DNA of 64,000 nucleotides from an uncultured Chloroflexia bacterium (GTDB lineage: Bacteria; Chloroflexota; Limnocylindria; Limnocylindrales; CSP1-4), in NCBI GenBank assembly GCA_963748625.1, contig CAVVJT010000008.1:1-64000 (forward strand), given 5' to 3'. The position numbers and the translations under genes were made by a program. Positions 1 through 10,632 of this stretch are shown one piece after another; positions within the stretch are counted from its first letter, which is position 1, and each line of letters opens with the position of its first letter. Under the pieces are notes generated by a model. It worked only from the letters and a program-made list of their open reading frames with translations. It did not search any database and was not told where the DNA came from.

Positions 1-1131
1 TCTTGTACGCGACGGGCACGCACACGACGGCGAGCACGGCAAGCACCGGTGGCCGCAGCCGCACGAGCAGGATCACGATCGGCAGCAGCAACGACTCGGC
101 GCGATACAGCGACAGATCGCTGCCGAGCGTGAGTGGGATGAGCCAGAGGAATCCGCACATGCTGGCGGTGCCCCATTCGCCGAACGACAGGTCGTCGCGA
201 TATCGCACGACCACCCATGTGGCAGCCACCACCATCGCCAGCACAAGTGCGGTCTGGGCACCGATCGCTCCGGGGAGCGCATCGTTGCCCATCGTGGCGA
301 GCTGGCGGCGGATCGTGGTGATCGGCGACGTGGGCGACAGGTTGTAGCTGGACTGAGTCTCGAATGAGGCGTTCCACGCGCCGACCTCTCGCTGGAAGTT
401 GGCCATCACGGCCACGTAGGCGAGCGCCACCGGACCACCGACCGCAAGCGTCGCACGCACCCGGGCACGCAGGTCGCCGACCGACGGTGCCAGCAGCGGC
501 ACCAACGCGATCGACCCGACGAGGAAGCCCGAGGTGTACGTCGTCGCGGCCACCGCGCCGCAAAATTCCCGCGAGTAACCAGCGACGCCGGTCGAGGCAC
601 CAGAGCGCAAGCAACACGGCGAGCAGCATCGACGAGACCGGGAAGATCGCCCCGTAGTACACGCTCGCCGGGAACGTCGCGGCGATCACCATGCCCAATG
701 CGCCGACAACCAACGGGCGTCGCCGCAGGAAACCGAACCACAGCGCCGTCCACGCGCCGACCATCGCCACGAACGACACGATTCGTCCGAACTGCTGGTA
801 GCTCTACTTCGAGCCACGACCCGAACCGCATCATCCACGGATACGCCGGGAACCAGCCCGAGTTCCCGCACCAGTCCTCCGGGCCACGATTCGCGACGTC
901 GACGCAACGCTCGAAGATGTAACCATTCTTCGCGATCCACAGGTACAGACCGCTGTCCCATCGGCCCCACGTAGACGTCGACCACACCGACAGCCCGACT
1001 GAGCGTGCGGCCAGCGCCATCACGGTGAACCACAACACGACGGTGCCACCGAGCACCACAACGTCTCGGGCGTCGACAGGAAACGATCGTCGAGTGGGTT
1101 CCGAGGCTGTTGCGTCGACGGGTGCCGTCAC
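1..1131 (-). CDS. GT-C (mannosyltransferase-like) membrane glycosyltransferase, frameshifted, 3' end outside window
   Basis: WGRWDSGLYLWIAKNGY and WFPAYP motifs in ORF 406..1407; hydrophobic continuation in other frames down to base 1. Confidence 0.6.
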
Positions 1132-1915
1132 ACTCGTTCCACGCTCGGGTGCACGTGCGTCGATCGGATCCTGTCGAGCCAGCCGAGCAACACCGCCACT
1201 GCGCGCGGGTCGTGCCGAAGCCGGTGCCCGGCACCTTCGAACAGGCTCAGCTCGGCGCTGCCGTGGGCGTTCACCAACTGGCGCGGCATCGGAGACCGGC
1301 ACGCTGTCGTCCTCCTCGCCGTGCATCACCAGCAGCGGGCGCGGAGCGAATCGGCGCGCCGACGCCACCGGCCTGAACCGCCGGAACTCGCGAGTCCACT
1401 CCTCCACCGACGGCGGGAAGTCGCGGTGATGAATCGCGCGCGATGTCGCGGGCGTGTTCGAGGAAGCGTCGAGGATGCTCCGCCCAGTCGTCGAAGTCGG
1501 CCCGAGGGCTCAACAGGCCCGCCGCCGACACGCGTGGATCATCGGCCGCCACGCAGATCGCAATCGATCCGCCCGTGTTTGTGCCCAGCAGGATCACGCC
1601 GGTCGGCTCGTGCACGGTGAGCACGTGCGAGATCGCGTTGCGCAGATCGTCGACCCACCCCTGCAACGAGAAGTCACCCTCGCTGTTGCCGCACCCTCGG
1701 AAGTTGAACGTCATCGCAACGCAGCCGAGTTCGTGGGCGGTGCGATCCATCAGCTGGGGAAACGTGCCGCCGGCGCGCTGCGCGTCGAGCGAGGCGATCG
1801 GGAACCCGTGACACAGGATCACCGCCGGGCCGCGCTCGATCGCTCCCGACGGGATGGCGATGTGACACGCGAGCTCCAGGCCGTTCGAGACGAACCGCTC
1901 GTTCATCCCCGGCAT
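1128..1915 (-). CDS. alpha/beta hydrolase, frameshifted
   Basis: ILCHGFP, FNFRGCGNSEG, GTNTGG; C-terminal LVMHGEEDD and GAGHRLRHDPRA lie in shifted frames. Confidence 0.75.
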
Positions 1916-1939
1916 GTCACACCTCCAGATCCGGCCCGG

Positions 1940-2164
1940 TCAGGCCCGCGGCTTGCGGTGGCGGCGACGCATGCCCGGCTCGGCGAGCGTGTACCCACGG
2001 TTGCGAGCTTCGGCGAGCGTGTCCGGGCCGAAGCTGAGTCCCACGCCTGCGGTGACGATCTCGTCGATGGTCGCCGGGTCGTCCCAGGAATCGAGGTCGT
2101 AGACCAACTGGGTGCGTTTGTCGCCGACGAAGCGGCTGTGTTCGAACTTCGGGTGGTGCTCCAT
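1940..2164 (-). CDS. small conserved hypothetical protein
   Basis: 74 aa ORF with protein-like composition (FVGDKRTQLVYDLD...FGPDTLAEARNRGY), co-oriented with neighbours. Confidence 0.65.
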   Translation of the reverse strand: MEHHPKFEHSRFVGDKRTQLVYDLDSWDDPATIDEIVTAGVGLSFGPDTLAEARNRGYTLAEPGMRRRHRKPRA

Positions 2165-2192
2165 CGTGAGTCAACGGTAGTCCGCAGCACCC

Positions 2193-4146
2193 TCAGGGCA
2201 CCCACCAACCATTGAGGTCGATGATCAGATCCCCGCCACCGTACGTCCAGCCGCACGACTGAAACGCCGACAGCGGCACGATCGCCCCGTTCGCCGTCGC
2301 CTGACCGACTTGCTGGTTCAACGTGGAAGTGTCGCGGCGGGTCACACAGTCGTAGGTCGTCACATAGCCGGCGCGCAACGTGGTTGGCGGCCGTGACGTT
2401 GACGTAGGCGGCGCCCGGCACCTGCGCGCCGAGGCTGGCTGCGCTCACGCTGTAGGCGACCGCCGCGCCGGCACCGAGCGTTCCGGACCGTCTGGTGTCG
2501 AGCACTCGCACCGGCGGCGTGGGCTGATAGGCCAGGCCGCCGGCGCCGAACGATCCGAGCAGATCGACGAGCACGTCGGTGGCGGCGTCGCTGAAGATGC
2601 AGATCCGGCCGGCGGACAACCCGACGATCGTGTTGTTCGGTCGCGCCTCGTTGGCGACGTAGTTCACCGTCGAGGTGTTCGGCGGTGCTCCACTGCACGG
2701 GAAGACCGTGAGGAATCCGGGCGCCGCTGCGTTGACCGCCGTGACGTTGACGGCGACCGCAGTCGACCCGCCCGGCACAACCCCGTTGAAATCGACCGCC
2801 AGGGTCTGACCGGCACGGAGCCTCACCCCACCGACGCCCGACCGGGTGTCGGTAACCCGTGTCGGCCCGATCGGCGTCAATCGTGACGTCCCGCTCGGGC
2901 TCAGCCAGCCAGTGATGTCGACGAGGATGTCTGTCTCTGAATACGTCCACACACACAGTTGCCCCGCCGACGACAACGCAGCGACGGTGGTGTTCGCCAC
3001 CGTCTGGCCGGCCACGAAGTTGAGCGTGGAGGTGTTGGGCACGCTTTCCGAGCACGGGTAGACCGTGACGAACCCCGGCCCCCACGGGTTGACAGCTGCG
3101 ACGTTGACCACCGCGGCGGTCGCGTCGCCGGGAACCCCGACCCCGTCGGCGACCTGCACGACCACCTGACGTCCGCCACCGACTCTGCTCGGGGCACCGA
3201 CGCCATTTCGAGTGTCGACGAGCCTCGTCGGTGTGACCGGGGTGAACGCCGAGGTCCCGGGCGCCAATCCTGCGATACCTTGCGGGGCGCTGATCGCCAG
3301 CTCGTAGGCACCGAGCGACCCGTAGGTCGTGAACCCGGTGGACGCGGTGAGCCAGCCCACCGGCGCCACCTCGATCGTGTACCTCCCCGTCGGTACCGAC
3401 GGCGCCAGGTCGACCGCCCAGCCGGAAGGCACGCCTGGCCCGCCCGACGCAACGACCGCACCGACGCTGTTGCGGATCGTGAGCGACGCGGCCAGGTTCG
3501 ACCAGTTCGCCTGCCCCGTCGGCGGGCGCAGCTGCAACGACAGCGTGCCGTTCGTGACGTCGACGGCGAAGACGTCGCGGTCGCCGGTGCGTTCGATGTT
3601 GCCCGATGCCACGACGTTGCTCGCCACGACCGTCGGCGCCGACGCGGTGTTGCCGTGATCGTCGGGGCGATACCCGACTCCAGGCGTCAAACGGTCGCCG
3701 TTGGGAGCGAAGTGCCCGTCTGCGATGATCGCCAGATCGTCCTCGAAGTTGTTGGCACCCCAATACTCCCGCACGCGACCATTGGCTCACGGGTCGGGCG
3801 GGATCGATCGGACGGCCCATGATGGGCGCCCAGGCGCCATGACCGTCGTAGTAGCTGGGGCTTGCCGGCCCGCCATCGTGGCTCAAACCGAACGTGTGGC
3901 CCGCTTCATGGGAGGCCGCTTCGCCCATCGTCTTGGCGGTCTGTTTGTAGCCGACGTCGGTGAACACGTACGCCGCATGGTCGGCGTTCGAGCCGAACAC
4001 GTTCAGCAACGCGACGCCGATCACGCTGGAGCCAGCGAAGTTCGACGGGGTCACCACCATGCGCTGGCCATAGGTCGCATCGACGGACGACGTTCGCCGG
4101 ATGCCTTCAAGGCCAGGTTCACGGGTGGTGACGTTGATGTCGAAGG
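2193..4146 (-). CDS. secreted metzincin metalloprotease with repeated beta domains, frameshifted and 5'-truncated
   Basis: HEAGHTFGLSH plus APIMG Met-turn; three PTRxxDTR...AVVNVTAVN...GFVTVYPC repeats; frame switches near 3775 and 2378. Confidence 0.75.
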
Positions 4147-4193
4147 CCCGGGGGCACTCCTGAGTCGCGCGCCATAGACCTCGCGCAGGCGCC

Positions 4194-4646
4194 GTGGGCG
4201 CGGTCGGCGCTGCAGCGCTGCTGGGGCTCTACCTCGGCATCATCACGATCGCCCAGGGCGCGGACCACGCGGTCGAGCAACTCGGCATGGACTGGATGTT
4301 CGTCCTGCCGCTCGCCCTCGGCTTCGGTATCCAACTCGCACTGCTCGCCGAGCTGAGATCGGTAGGCGCGCAACATCACGGCGACGCAGCGCTCACCACG
4401 ACCAGCACGGGCATGAGCACGGCGGCGATGCTCGCCTGCTGCGCCCACCATCTCGTGGATCTGCTGCCCCTCCTTGGCCTCTCCGCGGCGGCGGTGTTCC
4501 TCGACGCGTTCAAGACGCCGCTCCTCGCGCTTGGACTGGCGCTCAACGCCATCGCCATCGTCGTCATCGCGCGCCGCCTCGCTGCCTCCAGGCACGCGTG
4601 TCACCGCCTCACAACGCCAGCGCCGGCGGGCGCCACCACGTTCTGA
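4194..4646 (+). CDS. membrane protein with ACCAHH motif, possibly 5'-truncated
   Basis: About 4 TM segments and MLACCAHHLVD, a putative metal-binding motif. Confidence 0.65.
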   Translation: MGAVGAAALLGLYLGIITIAQGADHAVEQLGMDWMFVLPLALGFGIQLALLAELRSVGAQHHGDAALTTTSTGMSTAAMLACCAHHLVDLLPLLGLSAAAVFLDAFKTPLLALGLALNAIAIVVIARRLAASRHACHRLTTPAPAGATTF

Positions 4647-4648
4647 GG

Positions 4649-4675
4649 TTCAGGGCCACATCAGGGCAGACTCGC
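4649..4675 (+). promoter_or_regulatory. 11-bp-period box array A
   Basis: TTCAG 4649, ATCAG 4660, CTCGC 4671; GATCCT 10 nt later; ATG at 4699. Confidence 0.55.
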
Positions 4676-4698
4676 CTTGACTCCCGATCCTCAAGCTG

Positions 4699-4930
4699 AT
4701 GGCGTCGGAGCGACAAGCCCAGGTGTCGATCTTCGACCTCGGCTATTGGAGCGCCGATGCCCAGCAGTTGGGTCGGGCGCTCATACGGCGACGGCGTCCC
4801 GACGTCGGCGCCAATCCCGGCCACGGAGACGGTGCCCCTGGAGCTCGCTCCAGGGAAGCGCGATCTACGGGACGCGGTGCGCGCGGTGGACGGGACGGGC
4901 TTCCGACCTCGGCGTCCGCACGAGCACTGA
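4699..4930 (+). pseudogene. degenerate HMA-like paralog of 11772..12005
   Basis: VSIFDLGY...ANP-(frameshift)-TETVPLELAP...AVDGTGFRPRRP aligns with IPVYDLGC...VNPATETAYVEYDP...VGYRVGRP. Confidence 0.6.
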
Positions 4931-4995
4931 CTGTGCCACGGCCTTAGGCGAACGCCGATCGCGGCCCGTCAGCGTGCAACACGCCGCACGAATGT

Positions 4996-5022
4996 CTTAG
5001 CGTGCGCTCACGTGCCGCTCAT
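4996..5022 (+). promoter_or_regulatory. box array B
   Basis: CTTAG 4996, CTCAC 5007, CTCAT 5018, then N10 and CACTGT. Confidence 0.6.
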
Positions 5023-5259
5023 CTTCCGCGGACACTGTGGAACTCGCCACCCCCTTTCGTGAAGGCACGGCGATGACAGGCGGAACCGGATCTGCGACCC
5101 CGGGCACAGGGTCCACTGACTGGCTCGGGACGCCATGCGTCGCCTGTCCCGCTGCCTGCCCGATGACGCCCTCGCCTCCTCCCCGAAGGCGAGGGCGTCA
5201 CCTGTCCAGCTGCCGATCCGGGTGCCGATATGGGCGCGGTGGAACACAGTGGTCCACCT

Positions 5260-5297
5260 ATCAGCATTACTTCACGAACGGCTCATCTGGTCCTCAC
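5260..5297 (+). promoter_or_regulatory. box array C
   Basis: ATCAG 5260, TTCAC 5271, CTCAT 5282, CTCAC 5293, then N10 and TGGAAT. Confidence 0.65.
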
Positions 5298-5346
5298 CTG
5301 CCTCGGGTGGAATGACCTCACCCTCGACACGCAGTGGAGATCACCC

Positions 5347-5850
5347 ATGGCCCAGGCTACCGAAGGACGTGGAGACGCGGCGCGTGCGCCGTGGATCCAG
5401 CCCGGCGAGGCTCAAAGGCACCATGGCCGAGCCCGTGCGCCGCTGCACCTTACTCACGACGTGAGCCCGGCGCTCACGACGGTGGTCCTCGGCGAGACGC
5501 TCGTGGCCTCGAGGCCAGCGCACGCCCGCCTCACCGTGCTGGTGGTGGACGACGACGGTAGCCTGCTCGGAGCCATCGGCCGACGGCAGTTCCGCGCCGC
5601 GCTGGCGGACCCGGGCATCCGGGCGCGCGACATCATGGTCCCGGTCAGCCTGTTCTCGGTGACGCCCGGGGCAGCGCGCTCGCATGACCTGGAGCAGGCG
5701 ATCGCTCGCGACGGGTTTGCCCTCGTCGCGACGGCGGGCGGAGTCGCGGTGGTGGATGAGAACCAGGCCGAGCTCCCGCGGCGCCAGCTCGAAGGCCCGC
5801 TGCGCTATGCCCGCGGCCGGCCGGACCTGCGGACCGCCGGGCTCGACTGA
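5347..5850 (+). CDS. CBS-like domain protein
   Basis: VLVVDDDGSLLGAIG...ARDIMVP; GGAG RBS upstream. Confidence 0.5.
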   Translation: MAQATEGRGDAARAPWIQPGEAQRHHGRARAPLHLTHDVSPALTTVVLGETLVASRPAHARLTVLVVDDDGSLLGAIGRRQFRAALADPGIRARDIMVPVSLFSVTPGAARSHDLEQAIARDGFALVATAGGVAVVDENQAELPRRQLEGPLRYARGRPDLRTAGLD

Positions 5851-6196
5851 CGCCTGCTTTCCGCACCGCCGCAACCGAACCGCTCCTTGCAGTCGCAGCG
5901 GGCGGGCGGTACTGTCGCGGCCATGACCACCTCGACCTCCTCCATGGGGATGATGCTGATGCGCCGGCGGTCCCGTCGTGTCGAGGATGGGGTCCGAGGT
6001 TGTTCCCGCTAGTCAGACGACCAGCGTAGGGGACCCGGATCGAGGTCCCGGGGCCGCAGTCCACACACCGGACTGCGGCTTTGCTGTTTCTCGAGCACAC
6101 ACGACGGGTGGCCGCCGACGCCCCGCTCCACCGGCCAGCGCGCCGGGCCTGGACCTCCTCCACGCATCCGCATCAGCTCCCGGGAGTTTGCCCGTC

Positions 6197-6715
6197 ATGA
6201 CCGACTTCGCCTTCGCCCCCGTCGTCGCAGCCACTCGCGAGGCCCTCGCCGGCGCCCCGCCCTCCGTCTCTCTCGCCACGTTCCGAGTCGAGAGCCACCA
6301 GGTCGCAGGCCTCCGGAGTGCCGCCCGGATCCGTGACTTCGAGCTTGCCGTGGACGAGCCGCCTGCCCTGGGTGGCACCGACACGGCGCCCAACCCCGTC
6401 GAATACGCTCTTCTCGCCTTGGCTTCGTGCCAGGAGATCACGTATCGCCTTCACGCTGATCACCTGGGCATCCCGCTGGACCACGTCCGGGTCACCCTCG
6501 AGGGCGACGTCGACCTGCGCGGGTTCTTCGGGGTGGATGCGTCGGTACGACCCGGGTTCCGGGAGATCCGCGGCACGGTCGAGCTCGACAGCCCGGCCTC
6601 GATCGGCGATCTCGAGCGGCTGCGTGACCACGTCAACGCCCATTGCCCCGTCCTGGACATCGTGGTCAATGCAACACCGGCCAAACTCGAGCTGAGGATC
6701 GCGTCGCTCGCCTGA
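6197..6715 (+). CDS. OsmC family protein
   Basis: DEPPALGGTDTAPNPVEYALLALASC...HCPV. Confidence 0.85.
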   Translation: MTDFAFAPVVAATREALAGAPPSVSLATFRVESHQVAGLRSAARIRDFELAVDEPPALGGTDTAPNPVEYALLALASCQEITYRLHADHLGIPLDHVRVTLEGDVDLRGFFGVDASVRPGFREIRGTVELDSPASIGDLERLRDHVNAHCPVLDIVVNATPAKLELRIASLA

Positions 6716-6817
6716 CACGCAGCGGGCGGGGTCGCGTCACTGCGGGCGCGACCCCGCTCGTCCGCCTGCCGCCACCGCCGCCGACGGCCCTCACGTGGCG
6801 CCCGGCCTCAGCCAGGG

Positions 6818-7591
6818 TCAGCGCAGGCGCAGTGGGTTGACCAACCTTCCGTCCATCGTGACGCGCAGGTCGAGATGAGGTCCCGTGGAGAGACCGGTCG
6901 ATCCGACCGAGGCGATCCGCTGTCCTGCCGACACCCGTCGGCCGCGGCGGACGCGCACTTCCCGGTTGTGGTTGTAGGTGGAGGTCATGCCGCCGGGATG
7001 CCTGATCACGACGACATAGCCTCCACCGTTCCTCTTCCACCCCGCCCATACGACCCGGCCGGCCGCAATGGAACGCACCGGGGTGCCTGCGGGGGCAGCG
7101 ATGTCGATACCGGGATGACGCGCCGAGAACCTCGTGGTGAGCAGGCCGCGGACCGGCAGCGGCCACCGGTGGTCCATGGATGCGGCCGATCTCCGCCGCG
7201 AGGCGGCGGTCCGGACAGGCGGTTGCTCCTGACTGGGCCCCTCGGCGCGTTGCCCGCTGACAGGGGACCCGGTGCTCGCGGCGGGCTTGACCGCGGGAGA
7301 CGCACCTGCTCTGACTCTGGCTGGAGCAGATGAGGGAGGCGGTTGCGTTGCGCGAGGATTCGGCGACATGCCAGCAGGTCGACGGGGAGGACTGGCCGGT
7401 ACCGAGGTGGCTGCCGCACGGGACGGGAGCTCCAGCGGGAGGAATGCCTGCGGCTGCAGGGGAGCCGGCGTAGACGACGCGGTGGCAGCGACGAGCGGTG
7501 AGACGATGCCGGCGAGGGCGAGGCCTAGAACGAGCACGAGCACACCGCCAGCGATCGCGACAGCGCGGATGGGTCGGGATGTGTGGGTCAA
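6818..7591 (-). CDS. M23 family metallopeptidase with N-terminal signal/TM
   Basis: HPGIDIAA, YNHN, GSTGLSTGPHLD. Confidence 0.85.
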   Translation of the reverse strand: MTHTSRPIRAVAIAGGVLVLVLGLALAGIVSPLVAATASSTPAPLQPQAFLPLELPSRAAATSVPASPPRRPAGMSPNPRATQPPPSSAPARVRAGASPAVKPAASTGSPVSGQRAEGPSQEQPPVRTAASRRRSAASMDHRWPLPVRGLLTTRFSARHPGIDIAAPAGTPVRSIAAGRVVWAGWKRNGGGYVVVIRHPGGMTSTYNHNREVRVRRGRRVSAGQRIASVGSTGLSTGPHLDLRVTMDGRLVNPLRLR

Positions 7592-7667
7592 CCTCTAGAG
7601 CTCCGTGCGGATACTTGCGGGCACGCGCAGCGACGCTGCCCTTCGACTCGGAGTGTCTGCCCCGGAC

Positions 7668-7694
7668 CTGAGTGCCAGGTGAGGAGCCGATGAG
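7668..7694 (-). promoter_or_regulatory. box array D (M23 gene)
   Basis: On + strand CTGAG 7668, GTGAG 7679, ATGAG 7690; on - strand N10 then GACACT. Confidence 0.7.
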
Positions 7695-7714
7695 ACCATC
7701 AGGGACAAACGGTT

Positions 7715-7752
7715 CTCACCCCATCGCCACATGGCGCTCACCCGGGGCTCAG
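7715..7752 (+). promoter_or_regulatory. box array E
   Basis: CTCAC 7715, GCCAC 7726, CTCAC 7737, CTCAG 7748, N10, TGTACT, N6, ATG 7775. Confidence 0.7.
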
Positions 7753-7774
7753 GTGGGCAGGGTGTACTCGTGAC

Positions 7775-8344
7775 ATGGTTACGACCGCTGCACTCCTCCC
7801 AGGTCAATCTGCGCACAGCGACCGTCCGACCCTCCAGACCGGGCCGGAAGCCGGACCGATCCAGGTGCGCGCGGTGCACGTGTCAGCGGGCTACCACCCG
7901 AGCTCCCTCACCGTGAGCGCAGGCGTGCCCGTGCGGCTTGTCTTCCGGCGTGAAGGCGACGAGTCCTGTGAAGCCCGCGTGGTCTTCTCCGCCCCGCGGC
8001 TTGAGCGGCACCTCGCCGCAGACGGTGAGACGGTTGTTGATTTGCCGGCCCTGGACCGAGACGTGCGGTTCACGTGCGGGATGGGCCGCTATCGGGGACG
8101 GATCCGCGTCGTGTCCGCGCCGACCCGTCGCCAGATCTGGGCGCGTCGAGCGGCCGCGTCGGTCGGCGTTGCCACCGCGGCCGGTCTGGCGAGCCTCACG
8201 GCCGTTGCCGTGTGGGCAGGCTCAGCCCATGCTGGCCTCCTTGTGGGCCTCCTTGTTGCGCCCATGGCCTTCGCCCTCCTGCACGTAACGCAGGCGACCC
8301 GGCACCTTGTCCCAGACCGGTCACGAGGAGACGAGTGGAGATGA
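7775..8344 (+). CDS. cupredoxin-domain (CupA-like) membrane protein
   Basis: GYHPSSLTVSAGVPVRLVF...SC...RFTCGMG plus two C-terminal TM helices. Confidence 0.75.
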   Translation: MVTTAALLPGQSAHSDRPTLQTGPEAGPIQVRAVHVSAGYHPSSLTVSAGVPVRLVFRREGDESCEARVVFSAPRLERHLAADGETVVDLPALDRDVRFTCGMGRYRGRIRVVSAPTRRQIWARRAAASVGVATAAGLASLTAVAVWAGSAHAGLLVGLLVAPMAFALLHVTQATRHLVPDRSRGDEWR

Positions 8345-8774
8345 TGCATATGACGCGGTTGCACGCCGGAGCATTCTCCGGGTCAGCACCGTGGGCCCTA
8401 TGCACCTCGTTGGGCTCGGCGATCACGGAAGTGGGCGCCAAGCAGCGCGCAACCGGCGGGGTATCCCTGCGGATTGGACCTGAACAACCCATCCTCGGCC
8501 GCCGTCTAGGTGGCTGGTGACAGGATCCCTGCCAGCACGATGCGGCCGGCGGCGCCGGCGGCTGGGTGCCATCTGTCCCGTCCGGGCGTCGTCCATGAGT
8601 CTGGGCGCGAAGTCCGTCGAAGAACGCTTCGTCCTGGAGCCCTCGCACAGAGAGGGCAGATGAGCTCGCTCGGTCGGAGGTGGCTCAATCGGCTACAGGC
8701 TCTTCGCCGTGAGCATTCCCGACCTCAGCCAGGCGGGCAGGCAAGCCGCGCGCAAGCGTGCGGGACCATTCGTC

Positions 8775-9905
8775 CTATCCGCCTGCGATCGGCAAGAGCA
8801 CAGCCATGACGGTTCCACGTTCCGGGCCCTCGCTGGCCGCCTCAATTGACCCGTGCATCGCCTCCACGAGGGTGCGACTGATCGCGAGCCCTAGTCCGCT
8901 CCCGCCGGCGGCGCGGGATCGTGACGGGTCGGCGCGGTAGAAGCGCTCGAACGCATGGGCGAGCTGGTCGAGCGTCATTCCTGGACCATCGTCCGCCACG
9001 GTAAGGCGGACGAAGCCGGCGCCTGGTGAGGCGATCAGCCGGATTCGGCCGCCTTCCCGCCCGTGGGTGACCGCGTTTGCGACGAGGTTGTCGAGTACCT
9101 GCGCCGTTCGGGCGCGATCGGCACGGAACACCAGACCTGGCGGGGCGTCGACGATGATGGCACTCTCGCGTGCCGCGGCGGCCGGCCTCAGGCGTCTCGC
9201 CACGGCTGCGAGCTCCGTTGCGGCATCGAGCGCAACCGGCTCAAGGTACAGCTCTGAAGACTCCGCGCGCCAAAGGATGGCGAGGTCGTCGACGAGATGC
9301 TCCAGGCGCGCCGTCTGCTCGTCCAGGACGCGCCAAGTCTCGGGTCCCGGCGCGAAGATACCGGCCTCGAGCCCGGCCACGTAGCCTCGCACCGAGGCGA
9401 TCGGCGTCCGCAGCTCATGGGCGACGTCGCCGATCAGGTCCCGGCGCCGCTGCTCGTTGGCGGCGAGGCTCGCGGCCATGCCGTTGAAGGCACCTGCGAG
9501 CTCGCCGAGCTCGCCCGCGGCTGCGGGGACGGGCTCGGAGTAGTCGCCGCGGGCCACGCGCTTGCTTGCGGCCGCGAGGTCGTCGATCGGCCGCGCGATC
9601 CGAGTCGCGAGGAGCAGGGAGACGATCACTGCGACGACGACGGCGGCGGCAAAGCCGAGGAGGAGCGCCGTGCCCACAGCGTCGCCGAAGGCGGAGCGCA
9701 GGACCGGGTCCATCATCCCGCCGCTCATCATTCCCGTGCCGCCGCTCATCATCCCCCCAGAGCCCCGCATCCCCATCGCATCCTCGAATGCGCGCGGGGC
9801 TGCCAGCCACACCGCGGCCACGACGGCGGCGACCCCTGCGGTGGCCACGGCGAGGTTCGCGGCGAGCAGTCGCCAGCGCAGCCGGCCGAAGTCCGGTGTG
9901 CTCAC
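8775..9905 (-). CDS. sensor histidine kinase with Met-rich sensor loop (CopS/BaeS-like)
   Basis: HELRTP, HAMP, DDGPG, GSGLGL; extracellular MGMRGSGGMMSGGTGMMSGGMM. Confidence 0.9.
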   Translation of the reverse strand: MSTPDFGRLRWRLLAANLAVATAGVAAVVAAVWLAAPRAFEDAMGMRGSGGMMSGGTGMMSGGMMDPVLRSAFGDAVGTALLLGFAAAVVVAVIVSLLLATRIARPIDDLAAASKRVARGDYSEPVPAAAGELGELAGAFNGMAASLAANEQRRRDLIGDVAHELRTPIASVRGYVAGLEAGIFAPGPETWRVLDEQTARLEHLVDDLAILWRAESSELYLEPVALDAATELAAVARRLRPAAAARESAIIVDAPPGLVFRADRARTAQVLDNLVANAVTHGREGGRIRLIASPGAGFVRLTVADDGPGMTLDQLAHAFERFYRADPSRSRAAGGSGLGLAISRTLVEAMHGSIEAASEGPERGTVMAVLLPIAGG

Positions 9906-10612
9906 CGGTCCGCTGCCCGGAGCCGGTAGCCGACGCCCCGGATCGTCTCGACGAAGTGCGGGCTGCCGGGCTCGTCTCCCAGCTTGCGGCGGAGGTTGGC
10001 GACATGGACCTCGAGCACGTGGTCGTCGCCCGCGAAGTCGAGCCCCCAGGCGGCCTCGATGAGCTGCGCCCGGGTCAGCACGACGCCGGGGTCGCGGGCG
10101 AGCGCGACGAGGATCGCGAACTCGAGGGTCGTGAGGTCCACGGGAGCGCCCCCGACGCTGACCTCGTGGCGCGCCGGGTCGACCTCGAGGTCGACGGCGC
10201 GGAGGAGCCCGTCGCGCTCGGGCGGGGGCGCGGGACGCCGCCGACGCAGGAGCGCCTGGACCCGGGCCACGAGCTCGCCCGGGGAGAAGGGCTTCGTGAG
10301 GTAGTCGTCGCCGCCCACCTTGAGGCCGACGATCCGGTCGGTCTCCTCGGTCCGCGCGGTGAGGAAGATGACCAGCGGGTCGGCGAAGGCGCGGACCCGG
10401 AGGAGCACCTCGAGCCCGTCGAACCCCGGGAGCATGATGTCGAGGACGACGACGTCGGGCCCGAACGCGCGCACCGCCTCGACAGCGGCTGGGCCGTCGG
10501 CGGCCTCCGCCACCGTCATGCCCTCGCGCTCGAGGAAGCCCCGGACGACCGCGCGGATCGGCGGCTCGTCGTCGACGACGAGCACGCGCGCCGGACGGTC
10601 GGAGGAGGTCAT
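9902..10612 (-). CDS. OmpR-family response regulator (CopR-like)
   Basis: VVDDE, LDIMLP, DDYLTKPF, winged helix ending TIRGVGY. Confidence 0.92.
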   Translation of the reverse strand: MTSSDRPARVLVVDDEPPIRAVVRGFLEREGMTVAEAADGPAAVEAVRAFGPDVVVLDIMLPGFDGLEVLLRVRAFADPLVIFLTARTEETDRIVGLKVGGDDYLTKPFSPGELVARVQALLRRRRPAPPPERDGLLRAVDLEVDPARHEVSVGGAPVDLTTLEFAILVALARDPGVVLTRAQLIEAAWGLDFAGDDHVLEVHVANLRRKLGDEPGSPHFVETIRGVGYRLRAADR

Positions 10613-10632
10613 GGCGGAGATCGTAGGCCCAG

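Noticed and set aside
1-4146. Programmed frameshifting or real pseudogenes
   Set aside because: Many scattered indels in otherwise conserved genes fit long-read consensus error.
4165-4175. CGCGCGCCA as the second att site
   Set aside because: Only about 8 bp match the tRNA 3' end, in inverted orientation, which is expected by chance in GC-rich DNA.
5870-5980. Minus-strand IPMEEV...CDC...C as a ferredoxin remnant
   Set aside because: Too short to support without a search.
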